From Tubulanus polymorphus (taxonomy: Eukaryota > Animalia > Nemertea), in assembly GCF_964204645.1 (NCBI RefSeq), contig NC_134028.1, positions 11,331,263-11,395,262 on the forward strand: a DNA stretch of 64,000 nucleotides, in the 5' to 3' direction. This document shows, one piece after another, positions 36,071-50,555 of this stretch. Both the position numbers and the translations under genes were made by a program. The first letter of the stretch is position 1. Each line of letters starts with the position of its first letter. The notes beneath the pieces were generated by a model. The model had not been told where the DNA came from and ran no database searches. It worked only from the letters and a program-made list of their open reading frames with translations.

Positions 36071-37328
36071 GTAAATCTTGACTTGGTAAATCTTGTGCCA
36101 GATGCAAGATGGCTATCCTGTGACTTTTTTGCTCAAAATTTTATGTCAGAATTCTGAGGTTTGATTGTGTTCACTTTGCAAGGCCATCTATAGATGGAAT
36201 CTAGTTATTTTGAGCTTTCGATGCGCTGTATGTGTTTCTTTTTATGTATGTGTTTGTTTTTGGTCTATGTATCTACCCTAGGTACATATTCAGTCTTAAA
36301 ATTGGTTTGAATAGAATTTAGACAGCTGACTGGTGACCATCGAGTTGATTTTAGAACTTTAACAGGGATTACAATTCCCCGCGGTTTCCCGCGGATTTCG
36401 GTATTGAAAAATATCAATTATCCAAATAGTCCAAAAATGATGTAAAAGTATGAGGGGGGTGATCTCACTCAATTGGTCTGGCGCGATCGGTAATCAGGCG
36501 AACCGTAAGCTTTCGGTGCCTGTTTTACTTATCTTCGCGTAAAAGTATCACATTTCAATTCATATCTATTGCAACAGTGATTTTGTATCTACATTTGTAC
36601 ATAGAACTCGAGTTCTATGATTTGTACTACGATGAGTGTGTATGTATTTTATTGATCGGTGCAGACACCAGTAGTAATGTATAGAGGCCTACTTACTGTT
36701 GCCGCGCGTGTGTGGCGAATGCCTTCAGATATTATACACTACTGGGTGATGATTTTTAGTGAGCATTCATCGGCGCACTTTAACTGCAGTAATAATCCAC
36801 CTCGACCCGTAGTGCATTAAATGCTGAATGTCATCGAATGAGGATGTACCACATTGGAACTAGCCATTACCTTCCAAAATAAAGTAGTCGTTCATGCGTT
36901 CAAGATCGCTCTTTCGTGCTCGGAAAACGCTTTTAATTTCTAAAATTTTCTTACGGGAGTACCCCCTCATATCCCTGATGGTCTCATCAAAGGTGATTTT
37001 TCTAGTTAGCATCGGTTGACGTACATTACGTCATGCCAATGCTAGTAAAATGGATCGAAAATAGTAATATGAAAGAATAGCGCAGACTCTTCTCATTTTC
37101 ATAGTAACTTCAAATTGTCACTCCGTTCACGTAAAACATTAGAAACAGCTGAAAATGACTCAAAATAATGTTTCATTTATTCCCCAAAAAAGTGTTCTAT
37201 CGCATTTTTCTCGTTAGTTATCTGTTGGATGAGAGGGGTTAAGCAATGGCGTAGTGATATGTCCGCATTGACATATGCAGTAAAGCTTAATTATCTGAAA
37301 ATGTAGGTGTATTCAATAAATTATCAAC

Positions 37329-38592
37329 TTTTTAGCCCACTTGGGACTTAAGTCCCAGCGGGCTATTGCGTTCACTTTTTTTATGCTGTTGTCCTTCGTC
37401 CGTAGACAGAATCAAGTTATTTTGGGAAGTTTTGAAAACGCTTCAATGTAATGTCTTGATATTTTGGTTACCCATGTATCTACCCTAGACACATCTTCAG
37501 CCCAAAAATTGGCCCTGTCAGTCAATATGGCCGACTGGCAGCCATCGTTGTTCGCCAAAATCATCACTCTTAATAGGTTTTTGAACCTTTTGAGGGAAAT
37601 TTTGAAAACGCTTTGATCAATTAACTTAATCTTTCGTATATATTTGAATCCCCCAGGGCCTATCAGCATAACAAAAATTGGGTGGATTGGACTCAAGATG
37701 GCCGTGTTATGACCTTTTAAGTGCCCAAAAATGTCAATTTTGGCCCGAATTCTTAGTCCTGTACCTTCCTACTGGTTTGCCATTTCTCATTGCAATTGCT
37801 GATGGGTATTCTTTGGAAAGGGATGTTTTATACCTGGGACAGGTATTGTTGATCAGCCATTTATGACGCAATTGGCGGCCATCTTGGTGTCATCAGCACT
37901 CATTCATAGGTGGGAATAAGTTTTTCGACATTATATTGATACCTAAGCATATTTTGTTACCACAATGAATTAGCAAGTTGTAGCTTATAACGTGTTCTAT
38001 GATTGTGGTGAGTTTCAAGGTCTTTGGTTTTGTATATGGCCACCAGGGGGCGTTGAATAATACAATATCTTAGTATTTCTATATCATATTTGTAACAATG
38101 CATATTTTGTTACCACAATCAATTGCAAAGTTGTTACGCATGACATCGTCTATGATTGTGGTGAGTTTTAAGGACATGAGTTATTCTATATGGTCACTAG
38201 GGGGCGTTGAATAGTTGAATAACTTAGTATTTCCCTATTATATTGGTACCAAGGCATATTTTTTTACCATGATCAATTGCAAAGTTCTAGCTCATGACAT
38301 TTTCTATGATTGTGGTGAGTTTCAAGGTCATTGGGTTTTGAATATGGTCACCAGGGGGCATTGAATAGTAGAATAACTTAGTATTTCCATATTAAATTGG
38401 TAACGAGGCTTATTTTGTTATCACAATCAATTACAAAATCGTAGCTGCTGACATGTTCTATGATCGTGGTTAGTTTCAAGGTGATTGGTTTTTGTATATG
38501 GTCACCAGGGGGCGTTGAATATTGAAATTGTTAGATTGTTGAGCATTTGAAACCACTTCCCAAGTGGGAATGGTGTCCCTGGACCCCTAGTT
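37329..38592 (+). mobile_element. Complete HINE/Helentron-like family A element
   Basis: ttttagcccacttggga start, subterminal inverted cccaagtggg, four units of about 154 bp, and ctagtt end. Shorter copies at about 31860-31960, 44440-44655 and 46350-46524. Confidence 0.75.
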
Positions 38593-38608
38593 TAGAATTG
38601 GATCGAAT

Positions 38609-38910
38609 GGCCACAGTAGCTCAGTGTCAGTGAGATAAGGCGCGATGCTGTTGAATCCACTGTCAGTGCTGAGTGACGACATGTGGGTTCCAGTCCTGCT
38701 GGCTTCAACAATGTGCAACACTTCAAAGGCTGTCCCATTGTGAGGTTAAATGAACAACCAATATGGTAAGTTTTGGGAAACCAAACAACATAAAGCCAAA
38801 CAAGCAATCATCAGCCGGCCTCCCTCAGCTGCTGAGTGACACCAACACTGGCATTGCTCTCTGTGCGACATTTTGCATGGGTACGTTTGACCGGTATATC
38901 TACGTACTTA
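38609..38910 (+). mobile_element. tRNA-derived SINE (second copy)
   Basis: A box tagctcagtg, B box-like ggttccagtcc; aligns with 25983-26250. Confidence 0.65.
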
Positions 38911-39375
38911 TTATGTATCAGAGGATCTTGTATTCAGAAAATTGTTGTTTTTGTTTTCATTATTCAGTAGGGCCTAACGGTTCATGCAAAAACCACAGTC
39001 AGTCGAGAGTCACCCTTACAGTTGTACATCGTTGATACGAATGTCGTGGAGGCGAAAGTGTCGAAATTGTTGTATTAAATGGGTTTTTGTATCCAAATCT
39101 TGATTTATATAAATATCTTAGCTGGGACATGATGGAAAACATCAGAATAAACTAGTTTCGTCTTTTTAACAGAATCGCATTAATGAGGTTTAACAATACA
39201 AATAGCAGTTTAATCATTTTAACAGTTTAATCTACCAATGCTTCAAGGCCCATGGGCCTCTTGTTCAATTTTCATCTTACCAAAATTTGCTACCCAATAT
39301 TCCGCTGAGGATAGTTGCATTGTTTAGATGGTACGAAGCTAAAAATTTATTTCGAATTATTCCATTATTTTGCAG

Positions 39376-39501
39376 TTCTATGGTTGATGTCTTTGATGTT
39401 ATTGTGCAGCGGAAGTGCACACAAATGTTGATTACTGCCATTGGGGTTCTAAAGCATATCCCGGAAGCTTGTATTGTTGGATCACTTCAATTCATTCTAA
39501 A
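39376..39501 (+). CDS. NOL11: NOL11 exon 9
   Basis: ttgcag acceptor, gtaaga donor; HIPEACIVGSLQFIL; phase 2/2. Confidence 0.87.
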
Positions 39502-39793
39502 GTAAGAATTCAAATACAGTGAAACTCTTAATTCAATTATTCCCAATGGATTAAATTGTTTCATTATGAGCAGTCTTGGACATGGCCTCTGGACTTCCAT
39601 ATGCTCCAAGGGATAAAATTGGAGTATAATTCTTTATTTTATCTGTTGGTTCTCTGGTCATGGATGAGTTTGGAAGCATTCACTGTCCAGGCCAGATGAC
39701 AAATACGACCAATACCTGATACCATTTGTTATAACAAAATGTGTATGTGTGTCTCTGTCTGGGTCTGTCAAATTGTGTTTGATATGACAAATG

Positions 39794-42056
39794 CAGGGAT
39801 GAAAATCTTACGTGGAAATCTGCGGTTGGATATCTATTTTTATCATTCTTGTGATTCATGTAGATCCGTTGAGAAAATAGTACCAGGTAGTGGTTATAGT
39901 TTTGAGGAAAAGTTCTGAGTTGAGATCATAGCACACTTAATGAACAGACCGTAAAAGCGTCTTATAAAACCGGTGCTACGATCTATAAAACTTTCATATA
40001 CAACATTGTTGCGAAACATCGGTATTGTCTAAAGCCACCTGTCAGCGCGAGTTTCAACAAATCAATAATTGCATAAAATAGCGCTGGCGCTGCGCGGGAG
40101 TTTTATATTTAGAATTTGCGGTCGCGTTCATTCAACAAGGAATATGTATATGTAATCAATAATAAAATTAGTCATTGTTTCAATCCACGCACTTTGTGTT
40201 GGTCCTGAGCAATGGATAGGAAAATTATAGATAGGGGCTCTGCTTTGGACCCCTCAACCATTGACTCAGGGATTAAGTATAAATGGAACTGGTCCTGGTT
40301 GGAGACTGAGGTTGAGGAAATCACTTTGAACCAGTGTTTCAGAAAGGTTAATATACCTGGTAAAGCTATTTGCCTATGGTGTAATGCTGAAATCAAATAT
40401 GGTGGAAGCACTGTCCGATAACTGTAAATCAACGAAACATCGAGATATTATCCAGATAAGAAAGACAAATTATTCTTTACCCAGATCAGGTAGGTCTCAT
40501 TTATTTTTCAGTCGCAAAACATTATGAGGCCTAATTCATGGATTTTATCATTTAATTCCAAAATCCATCCATAATATGGAGCCTACATTGACGGATAATG
40601 GCCTTTCTTGTCTTGCAGAGAAATCTCAGGGTGGAAATGAACCATATGGTATCCACCCCATGTTTCAGAAATGTTTATCATCAAGTTCCAGTCATAACCC
40701 GCCTGCACCCACACCGTTGATCCCTATCCAAGACCGTATTCATAATTCTGAAGCTATTTTGCTCGGATTCATCGCAGAACATAATTTACCATTTTCAATA
40801 GTCCGGATTTAATAAGACTTTCAAAATCATTTGCCAAGGACAGGAAAGCTTTGTCTCGTTTGAAAATGTCTCGTATAACTGCATCATATAAAATGAAGCA
40901 GTGTCAAAACTTTTGCTGATGTTCTCAGCGCCGAATAAAAACTACTTTGCGTTAAATGTGGAGGAAGCAACGAGTTTGAATTTAAAAAAGGTGCTATAGT
41001 TTTCTGATATTGTCGACTCCACGACAATTAGGATGCACATATCTAGGTATAGTGCATTGCAGACTGTTAGACATTCGCTGGCTGATAAATCTGCTTTTGA
41101 TTCATTGGAATGATGTCAAACATGATCAAATTTATCCTGGCTTGGCAGTAAACATGTCTAAAGCTGCTGAGCGACACAAGAATGAGCTCGAAGAAGCAAG
41201 GACCCAAAAGAAACAAAGGTTAACTAACCATCAAGCTCTGGAAATGACAAGAATCACCAAACGAAGGGCACGGACATTGACCATGGAAATGTCTAAACGA
41301 GCAAGAAATACCTATGCAAGTGCGCTTCAAGTGAAGGTAAAACGAGCAGAACGTCTGGAGAAACTTAAAAAATTGGCGGAAAAACTGAGAAACAAGTATC
41401 AACACAATTAGGACCATAGTCTGATCGAAGTGTTATAAACTATTTTTTAAATTCACTTCATGTTATAAGCATTTGGAAAAAGTCAATAAAAAATCATCGT
41501 CTAATTTTGGTTTGTATGCTCATATAAGTTTTCCTATAATTGGTGAATCATTCAACAATTTTATTATAGAAAGTGAGTAGACATTAATTTGTTAACATGT
41601 GATTGATTTATAAAGAATTTACACATACATTTTGGAATACAATATGCTTTTATCAGAATTTTGATACATTTGGAACAATAACCTAAAATATTTTTGAAAA
41701 GTAATGTACTTCCTGCGTAGCAGCACCATTCGCATTCAAATTGAGAGAATTACCGCTATAAAATATTTAAAATATGCAGCTAGGGATTCGAAACCTAACT
41801 GGTCTCACTATATCTAAGGTTTGGATATTGTTGGAGCCATCCTTTTCATTGACTCCAGACATAAACAACAAACGATCGACCGTGCGTGGAAGCAGTCTTA
41901 TTTTGTCATTAGTCAATGCTGGATAATAACCTCAGATGCGCCAAGAACCCCTTGAAATTTCAAAATTTTCTTGGGGAAGGACCCCCAAACCGCCAGCAGT
42001 TTTATCGTAGTTTTACTTACTTCCGCGTTTTTCAAACTACTCCGTTTTCATCCCTG
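39794..42056 (+). mobile_element. Internally deleted hAT transposon with a 6-bp TSD (hAT6-like)
   Basis: TIR cagggatgaaaa / ttttcatccctg; TSD CAAATG. Transposase remnants KWNWSWLE..CFRKV..GKAICLWC (BED-like finger) and FIAEHNLPFS. Confidence 0.88.
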
Positions 42057-42721
42057 CAAATGTGAACACAATTTAAGTTTATTCTTAGTTTGATGTATTA
42101 CAACGAACGCTTTTTGGAATTTGCCTACATATTTTTATCTAAGCATTGTGTCCTTTCTCATTTTTTTAATATCAATTGATTGGCAATGATTTTTCTATTC
42201 AACTCTCAGAAGTACACCACAGAATTCTAAGCAGTTTAGAGCCGTCTTTTGGATTGTTTCGGTAAAAATCACAAAATGAAGGGATTCGGTAGTAGCATAA
42301 GGGGGCTTTCATTTCAGTTGTAGGAGTTGCCCATTTTCTATGCATACTGTATTCATTTTGCCATTTGTCCGCAGTGTTTTCTGTGCCCCAGTGCCTAAAC
42401 TGTTGAACGGATTTCCCTATCTTTCTACAATTGTAATGTACAAGATGTGGTAACTGATAATTGATTAGATTTTGGGTCCTGTTGGTACAAGTTCAAGCCA
42501 TTTTGCCATTTTCATTACTGGTTGGGGGTTTTTGGCTGTGTATAGAAAAATCGTTGACAATCAATCTGAAATCAGAGAATGCTGGTAAAAAACCATAGAA
42601 AAAGTATTGTTTGGAAATACACAATTTAGTTCTGTCAATTGAAATTTTCTCATATTATACTCAAAGCAACTTACTGACCTATATCATGTACAGTTATTCA
42701 TTTCCTGCATTTCTTTTACAG

Positions 42722-42808
42722 AAATTTATCGAACACAGATATATCGTCTCTAGTGAATTCAATTGAAGAAAGAAAGAGCTATCTATCTGGTGATAAATTC
42801 AAGACAAT
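42722..42808 (+). CDS. NOL11: NOL11 exon 10, followed by a U12-type donor
   Basis: tttacag acceptor; 87 nt open, phase 2/2; donor GTATCCTTA. Confidence 0.8.
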
Positions 42809-45800
42809 GTATCCTTATTCAGCTCGAATCTAGCAAGTGTATGCCTTCACTCATGTATGCCTTCACTTGTAGCCATTATCAACGCTTAGCGCTATTTGTC
42901 AGACTTAACTTGTCTCCAGAAAGGAGTATTTTATTGAAAAAATTTACATCAAATCCAATTCGATTTTATTCTGCAATTAAATCAATAAAATAAAGGGTAA
43001 AGGTTGAAGAATGGTTTAAAAGAAAGATGTACAAAAATATGAGATTTAAGGTACCCCAGTGTCCATTGAGGTAGTCCAATCTATTACCTCACGTTTTTTC
43101 CAGAGGCATTGAATAGCGGAATAACTTAGAATTTCCATATTATATTGATACCTAGGCACATTTTGTAACTCCAAAAATTGCAAAATTATAGCTCGGCAAA
43201 TCCAAGATTGTGGTTTCAAGGTCATTGATTTTTGTGGTCGGCATTGAGCCGACCACAATGTTTTAGTGGTTCGACGTGCAAGCACTTCATTTTCCCACTT
43301 TTCTCTGTTATTTGACATAAGATAGCTTTGTAACTTTCTCGGTCAGTCTGAAATTTGTTGCGTTTTCCTGAGTTTGTTAAAAGAAAGAATGAATTTATTT
43401 CTGAAAGGAGAAATTGAAGGAATTCTGTAAAATCATAATTATCTTCCTGTCTGATGTCATATCGGGATATCCCTTGACTTTTGCGCATCGATATGGCTGT
43501 GGTGATCGGCCTTTCTAAAAAAAGAATTCTTACTCTTTGAGGTGTGCCGCTTCTGGTTGTATTGTATATCGAAGGCCTAAAAAAACATTTTGCGATGTAA
43601 TTTAAATTAACAACGTATATTTGGTTATGATATGAGCCCTGGGCAAGGACATCAAACCAGCACTTCTCATGCGCGTAATCAGCTAGATTTGTGTTCCAAA
43701 AACCAATTCATCATGTATCACATGACTAGTAAAGTTTTCTGATCCTCACTTCAAAAGTTAAGAACTAAATTAAATTAATTGTTGTCATCCGATCAACTCT
43801 TACTAAAATTCAGAGAAAGATGAGAAAGATTGATTAGCATCTTGTACTGTGGTACCGTAGTTTGCAATATTTACGCGGAGCTGTGATGATAGTGCCCTCG
43901 TTTTAGTAACAGGTGTAGCTCTTCAAAATCAACAAAGCTGTTAATATTTCGATAAAGGGTAATCTGTTGATAGAAAAAGATTTTTACGAAAATATTTGAA
44001 CTAAAATTAATGATGCATATGCCCAGGGTCATCTTGACGGAAAAACGTTTGTATATGCAGATTAATTTTAAAGAATAGTAATTTGCATTAAAAAGCATTG
44101 TGTAGTATATACTTGAAATCGAACCCGTGAATTGATGCGGCTCATTCACTACGATCCTGCCTCTCTGCGGGTATCATCTATTTGACCCTACTTCATAATT
44201 GCACTGGATATCGATGAGACGATTACCCAACAGAGTAGCTACGGATTGGCGCGGCAGCTTTGAGAGTATGCAGACTGTGACCTTCTTATCGGTGTATAAG
44301 TTGCGTTCCCACGTGGCAGTGGCCTGGTGTTCGTAACTGTCACTGAGCTTCTTCGATCAAAAATGTTTCTAACCCGACCACATAGAAAGATTGTTTCTAG
44401 TTTGTATGTGCTAACCAGGGGCATATATACAACGTGAGAAATGTATTGGTACCTAGGCATATTTTGTTACCTCTATCAATTGCAAAATTGTAGTTCATGA
44501 CATGATCTATGAATGTGGTGAGTTTTCAAGGTGTGGTGAGTCTCAATGAATGTGGTTTCATTTCTCAATATGTTTAGTGGTGTTTAATGTTAAGATTTTC
44601 TGATTGTTAAGGTAACCACTTCTCAAGCGGGCATGGTCTCCCTTGAACCCTAGTTCATGAGCAGGAGCCAGTGGATGGAATCTTTAGAAATTTTTGACAT
44701 GATGTTCGTGTGACGATTTCGATGCTAGTGACGAATTACGTAGCTTCCTTTTATATTAGACGCGTATATTTTTCACATCAAACACTAGAACTAAAATAAA
44801 TAACACGACATAGAATAATATATAAAAAAAATAAATCTAATAATAAATTAATCATATATACACTTGGCTCACAAGCCTCCTATCCAACACAGTATCTGCA
44901 CACAGCCTACTGCTTCACACAGAGATCCACCCCAAAGTTCTCCCATATCAGATCCAACCCAGTACTTAAAGAACCAAACCCGACCAAGCCTAATAAGTAC
45001 ATACTAAAAACTCGACAACCATGACACACAATATAAACCACAGACTATAGACCACAACACCATTTACTGAAGAATGCCTACAAAATAAAAGCATTACCGC
45101 TCATACATAAATAAGTCAATTAGTAAATAAGTAAATCAATAATGAAAACACTGAAACCGTCACAGTTGGATCATGAAAAGGAGAACCCTATTTTATTTTA
45201 GACTAGCTGTAGGCTGAGCGTATTACCATACAAATGGAGCAAATTCAAATGACATGGTTTCCAGATGAATGGCCTTTTGACTATGCAACTGAGTAAATAT
45301 TTATTCAAATCAATCATTAAAGCATTATTCATTTTCCAATTCCTAAGGAGCTAAATTTTGAAAAAAGGTCTCGTTAAAATTTACATGAGGTTATTATCTG
45401 AACGCAATAATATCAGTTTTAAAAAGCCAAACGGAAAGCAAGGTCTCCTCTATGATTGGCTTTGCCGCAGAATTCAGTTGTTTGTGTGAACCTGCGATAT
45501 TGTGTACTGTTTTACTTCCAGCTTTTATTCTAAGATTTATAATTGTATTTCAAGATTGAATGTCTATGAAATCTTAAGTTGATTTGGTTTTTTGGGGGGA
45601 ACATTGTTATTTACACTACAGAGAATATCATTGACTATTGCGCAAGGTTTAGGAAATATAGCGTTTTCTCAAATCGGATGCACGACCTTGATATGCTAAT
45701 TTGCCATCTGCTCAAATAGCATATACAATCAAACTTTTTTCTGCAAAAAGAAAATTCAAATCCAATTTAATTTTACTTTATTGAACAAATGAAAGATCAA

Positions 45801-46768
45801 ATCCAATTTGGCAAATATCCTTGTGAGCTGGTAACAGGCTTAACCAGAGCATAGCTTGTTCTGATTTTTCCGTAACCTTTCCAAAAAATCAAGTGATAAT
45901 ACAGCTTTCTGTTTCAAGAAAATAATCATGGATTTTTTTTCTCTCAGAAATTGATTTGTAATGGACATGCTAAATCAATTTTTATGGCTAATTACATTTT
46001 TATGCCCCCTGGCTCAACTTTGGTTGAGGGGGTACTTGGTACACAACAAAGGCATCACTTTGAGCAGTACCCTATTCAAAATTGAGTTGATTCGATTCAA
46101 ATTATGGCCACCATATGGTGACATGAAAAAATGACATAGAGGCCGGAATTTACCAATATTTTTCAAACTTAGTACACAACTAGGGCTACAGAGCTACAGA
46201 GGGGCCGATATGAAAAACGTTAATGGCCATTAGGCTGCAATGGTTGACTGGTTTTTCAAACTTAGTACGCAGAACCCTTTTCAAAATCAGGTTCCTTCAA
46301 TTCAAATTGTGGCCACCAGGGGGTCGGCATAAAAAACTAGAGGCAATTTTTTTTAGCCCACTTGGGACATTCGCTGACATGTTCTATGATTATGATTATG
46401 GTGAGTTTGAAGATTATTGGTTTTTGTATATGGTCACAAGGGGGAGTTGAATATTGAAATCGTTAGATTGTTGAGCATTTGAAACCACTTCCCATGTTGG
46501 CACGGTGTCCCTGGACCCCTAGTTTGACTTGGAACACGACTAAGGTATCGCTTTAGACAGAACCTTATGAAAATTGGGTTGATGCAGTTCACACTAGTAG
46601 GCCGACATGATAAACGATTTAACCACTCCTAAGGCTGCAATTGTCAACCAATTTTCTCAAAACTTAGGGCAGAACCCTTTTAAAGATTAAGTTGATGTGG
46701 TTCAAATTATGGCCACCATATCTGTTCAGATAATTGCTCGCAGATTTAAGTAAGTGGGAAAACCCGCT

Positions 46769-46920
46769 AGGGATCATTCATTTATTAGGTACGCATGAAA
46801 TTTAAATTTTTTTCCCCTCCCCCTCTGTACGCAAGATCGGCCATTTTTTCATTACAGTACGCTATTGCACTTACCCCTCCCCCTCCCCTAATGCGTTTGT
46901 AATAAATGAATGACCACCTA
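46769..46920. mobile_element. Short Harbinger-like MITE
   Basis: Imperfect TIR tcattcatttatta..acgca / tgcgt..taataaatgaatga. Confidence 0.5.
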
Positions 46921-47128
46921 CCATGTATATTCATGATGAATCGTCATGCAGTTGTGTGTTATGGAGATCGTATCAATAGACAAATTTTCATGAAAACTTC
47001 TGGATTCAATCAAGGGGAACATCTTAGGCCTTTTGATTACTCGGAGCACGGATTCTCTGAAATTCTGCCAAAAACTTCATGGCGAAGATAGGTATGCGTT
47101 TCCATTCATAATTTGAATAAAGACATTT

Positions 47129-47895
47129 CTTGGCCAGACATAGTCTGAGCCTATTACTATACAAATGGAGCGAATTTAAAAGACATGGTTTCCAGAGTAA
47201 AGGCTCTTTGACTGTGCAACTGAGCATATATTCATACAAATCATTCATTAGAGCATTATCCATTCTCCAACCCCTATGAAGCGGAATTTGAAAGAGGGCC
47301 TCGTTGAAATTTATATGAGCTTTTTCGCGAAAGATATCTTGTTTTAAAAAGCCAATCAGAATGCGAAGACTACTCTATGATTGGCTTAGCCGCAAAGATC
47401 AGCAGATGTTCGCGTGAACCCACGGTATCGTCTACCGTTTTACTTCGGGATTTCATTTTAAGATCTAAAATTGTATTTCAATATCGATTTTCTGTGAAAT
47501 CTTTAGTTAATTTGGTTTTTGGGAGGAATATTTGTATTTGCACTACAGATAATGTCATTAACATTTGTGCAGAAAGTCTGGGAAAAATGGCTTTTCTCAA
47601 ATCGGATGGATGACCTTGATATGCTAATTAGCCATGTGCTCAAACTGCAAATTCAATCAAATTTTATTCTGCAAAAAATATCAAATTCAATTCATTTTTA
47701 CTTTGTTGAACAAGGTAAAACAGCAAATCAAATTCAATTTTGTTTTATTGAGCAAATTTCAGAAAATTCAATTCTATTCTGCCTTCAAATCAATAAGACC
47801 AAGGGAAAAGATTTATCTGAAGTATTTGTTCCTGCCAGCTCCAGTCACTGTCCTGTGCTACTGGCTGGCCATAGAGCCCCTTGGGGCTCTAGTTT
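47129..47895 (+). mobile_element. HINE-like family C; other copies at about 45203-45810, 52200-53530 and 54465-55331
   Basis: Shared ctgagc.tattac.atacaaatggagc...aaatcggatggatgaccttgatatgctaattagcc; end ctggctggccatagagccccttggggctctagtt with a 3' hairpin. Confidence 0.75.
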
Positions 47896-48793
47896 TCATG
47901 ATATTTTCCGTCCTAATTTTCGATCTAATTGTCTGTAAAAGGTCAGTCTTCTCCCATCAAGTTTAAAAGTTAAGTTTAAAAGTTCAAGGTTGCCATGATG
48001 AAATGAAATAATAATTTATGTTAGGCTACACTTGTATACCAATTAGTATTTAGAATGTTGAAAAAATAGTTTCTTATAGTTTGGAAATGGTTCAAAATTA
48101 ACTTGATATTAAAAATGAAATGAGAAAGAAAAGCATGCGCGTTTATAATTGTACAGCATTTCATATAGCCGCGCTGCTGTGGCAGTGTGCCAATAATCAA
48201 TACGCAGCAGTCTAACACTAGACTACAGGCGCGCGGCATTCAATGTATACACAATACATTCAACATGTGGATTCAATCGATGAGCACTAATCTGGTGATT
48301 TACTATCAGAAACAACCGATCCCAATGATTAATTGCAAACAGTGGTAAAGACTCAACTACTATGAGAATGACCATAGCAATGTCTTCAAAGGTGACATCT
48401 GTAAACACATGAGGAAGTGACTCGACTTTTTGAAAATTTGACCTGGACTTATACACCGAGTCGACTTGTACACCGGAAAATACGGTTCTCATGTAAATTT
48501 AGGAAAGTCCATATTTAGAATTTCGTTTCTTGTTACACTTTGTACACGTTGTTTAATATCATTCTTATAGAAATAATTGTTGCCTCGATATTTCTGATGC
48601 ATTTACCATAAATTATGTGGCCGTGAATTTCCTGGCCGGGGTATTCCAGGCTTTGCCTCGTTCTAGTTGCCCGATTTTCTCCATCCTTGCTTCCCAGGTT
48701 TGATAGTGCCTCATGCCAACACAAACCCTGGCCGCAGACCCTTGGTCTATTTCACCCCCGATTTCTTGTGTAGACAGGTTGCCACTCAGCGGC

Positions 48794-48884
48794 CACCATT
48801 TTATATATCTAGTCAGTCAGATGTGTTAGAGCGAATCTGCCAGTGAAAACAACACATCTGATTGGCTAGATATATAGACTGGTG
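48794..48884. repeat. Isolated palindrome (about 34-bp arms), probably a tiny MITE
   Basis: caccattttatatatctagtcagtcagatgtgtt ... aacacatctgattggctagatatatagactggtg. Confidence 0.7.
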
Positions 48885-49129
48885 CAAAATTGTTGCTCTG
48901 ATCCTGACTTTCGTATGGCTCCAAGTGTTTTCAATAAGGACCTGCCTGTTTCCTTTCCAACCTGGGAATCGTTTCTAGGACCGTGTCGGTTATTGCATTT
49001 CTTGATGATTTGAACGGCAGTTGCAAGCACTTCATTGTTTATTTTCTTCTATTCTTCAACAAGAGGTTTTGCCCCAGTCTCCTCTGGACCTAAACTGTGA
49101 GTGCTACACCAACTTTGAAATACCCTTAA

Positions 49130-49471
49130 GGGACCGTTCATTAAGTATGTACGCAAGCCCTAGGTAGGACCTCAACGGCAAAAGCGTATGATCTGCGTAC
49201 AAAGCTAGGTAGCTTTTCACACAAAGCGTACGCAATTAAACAATCAAAGTGCTCTAATTTCTATTGTTTAATATTGTAGTAGCCTGGCTATTCATCTGTA
49301 GTTATTAGTTCAGCCATGGAATGAGTCTGGAACATTATAATGAATTCATTGCCCTTTTTAAAAGGCTGTATCCTAGTAAATCCCTTCAAGAGGCCCATAC
49401 GATGTGCGTACTCAAGGTAGGACCTTGAAATAAGGTCTTATTTTTTGCATATGTACTTAATGAACGGTCCC
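49130..49471. mobile_element. Harbinger-like MITE
   Basis: TIR gggaccgttcattaagta / tacttaatgaacggtccc; flanks taa / aaa. Confidence 0.75.
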
Positions 49472-50246
49472 AAATTGCGTTGCAGGATTCACAAAAAAGA
49501 CCCAAAAGCTTCAAGGAATGGGGGGGACACGAATTATGAGACCCTCCTTTTTTCAAAGGGACTTGACTTGTCACTTGTCAATTTCAGTCTGTGTATTAAA
49601 GGCAGGAGTATATACCCTATGACAATTATACAGTTTGTTTCCTCCACAATGGGAGTTATATATTTTCCGTTGATATGTATGATTTTTAACTACTATTTAT
49701 TGCAACTTGTTTTTTTGTTCTATGGACGTTGTGAGTTTCAAATTCAATGCTGGTTTTGTATATATTCACCAGGGGCATTGAATAATGTAAAAATATGGTA
49801 TTTCTGTATACATGTACATTGGTGCTAAGTCATATTTCATGAAGACAATTTTGATCAAAATAAGTTCAACTGTGTATGTTATCCCATAGCAAGATTTTGA
49901 ACGTACACATTTCACCAGAGATTTTAACCCAAATCCATGGATATTCATCATTGTACTAAGCATGTGCATCCATGTTTGGGATAACTTGGGTATGCATGGG
50001 CTTGCGTAGTAAAATTGATGAAAATCTATAGATTTGGGTCAAAAAGTTAAGGAGAGTTTTCTCTTAAATTGTGTGATTTTGGAACAAGGTTCCTGTTAGC
50101 CTGCAAGCCATTTCATCCATTGATGTACACAGAAACCGGGGAATCAGAAATTTTGAAAGTGTCTGATTGTCGAGCATTCCATACCACTTTCCTAGGGGGA
50201 TGATGTCCCTGGACTATAAGTTTGATTTCCTTCACATCATGGATAG

Positions 50247-50325
50247 AAATACCCTTTTGACGATGCCATTCAGTGATGTATTCCTTGTCGAATCACTTCG
50301 GAAAATGTCATTCACTGAGGTTTTG
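50247..50325 (+). CDS. NOL11: NOL11 exon 11
   Basis: U12-like branch TTCCTTCAC at 50227-50235, then atag acceptor; NTLLTMPFSDVFLVESLRKM; gtaagt donor. Confidence 0.88.
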
Positions 50326-50555
50326 GTAAGTTATGGTCGTTGCATTTTACCAATAGCTCTTTGTATCTTTATTTTGGCCATTTTAACGAGTATTAGCCCT
50401 TTAAGGGCTGTGTATGCCTTATTTTTTCTTCATGAACTTTATGCAATTCGATAAATATTAAAAAGGAGTTTCAATTGATTGCAATGAATCCAAAAGCTAT
50501 TGGTTTCAAGTTTGACCAGCCGTATATTATGTAGCTGTAAAATTTGATTTTCTAG

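Noticed and set aside
36363-36977. hAT-like MITE cagggat...atccctg
   Set aside because: Only a 7-bp TIR match and no TSD, so the boundaries are unsupported.
38609-38705. Functional tRNA gene
   Set aside because: There is no clean cloverleaf, and it continues into a body shared with a second copy, so it is a SINE.
43222-44400. Possible coding remnant on the minus strand (NNREKWENEVLA, echoed near 49020)
   Set aside because: No family could be assigned and the frames are broken.
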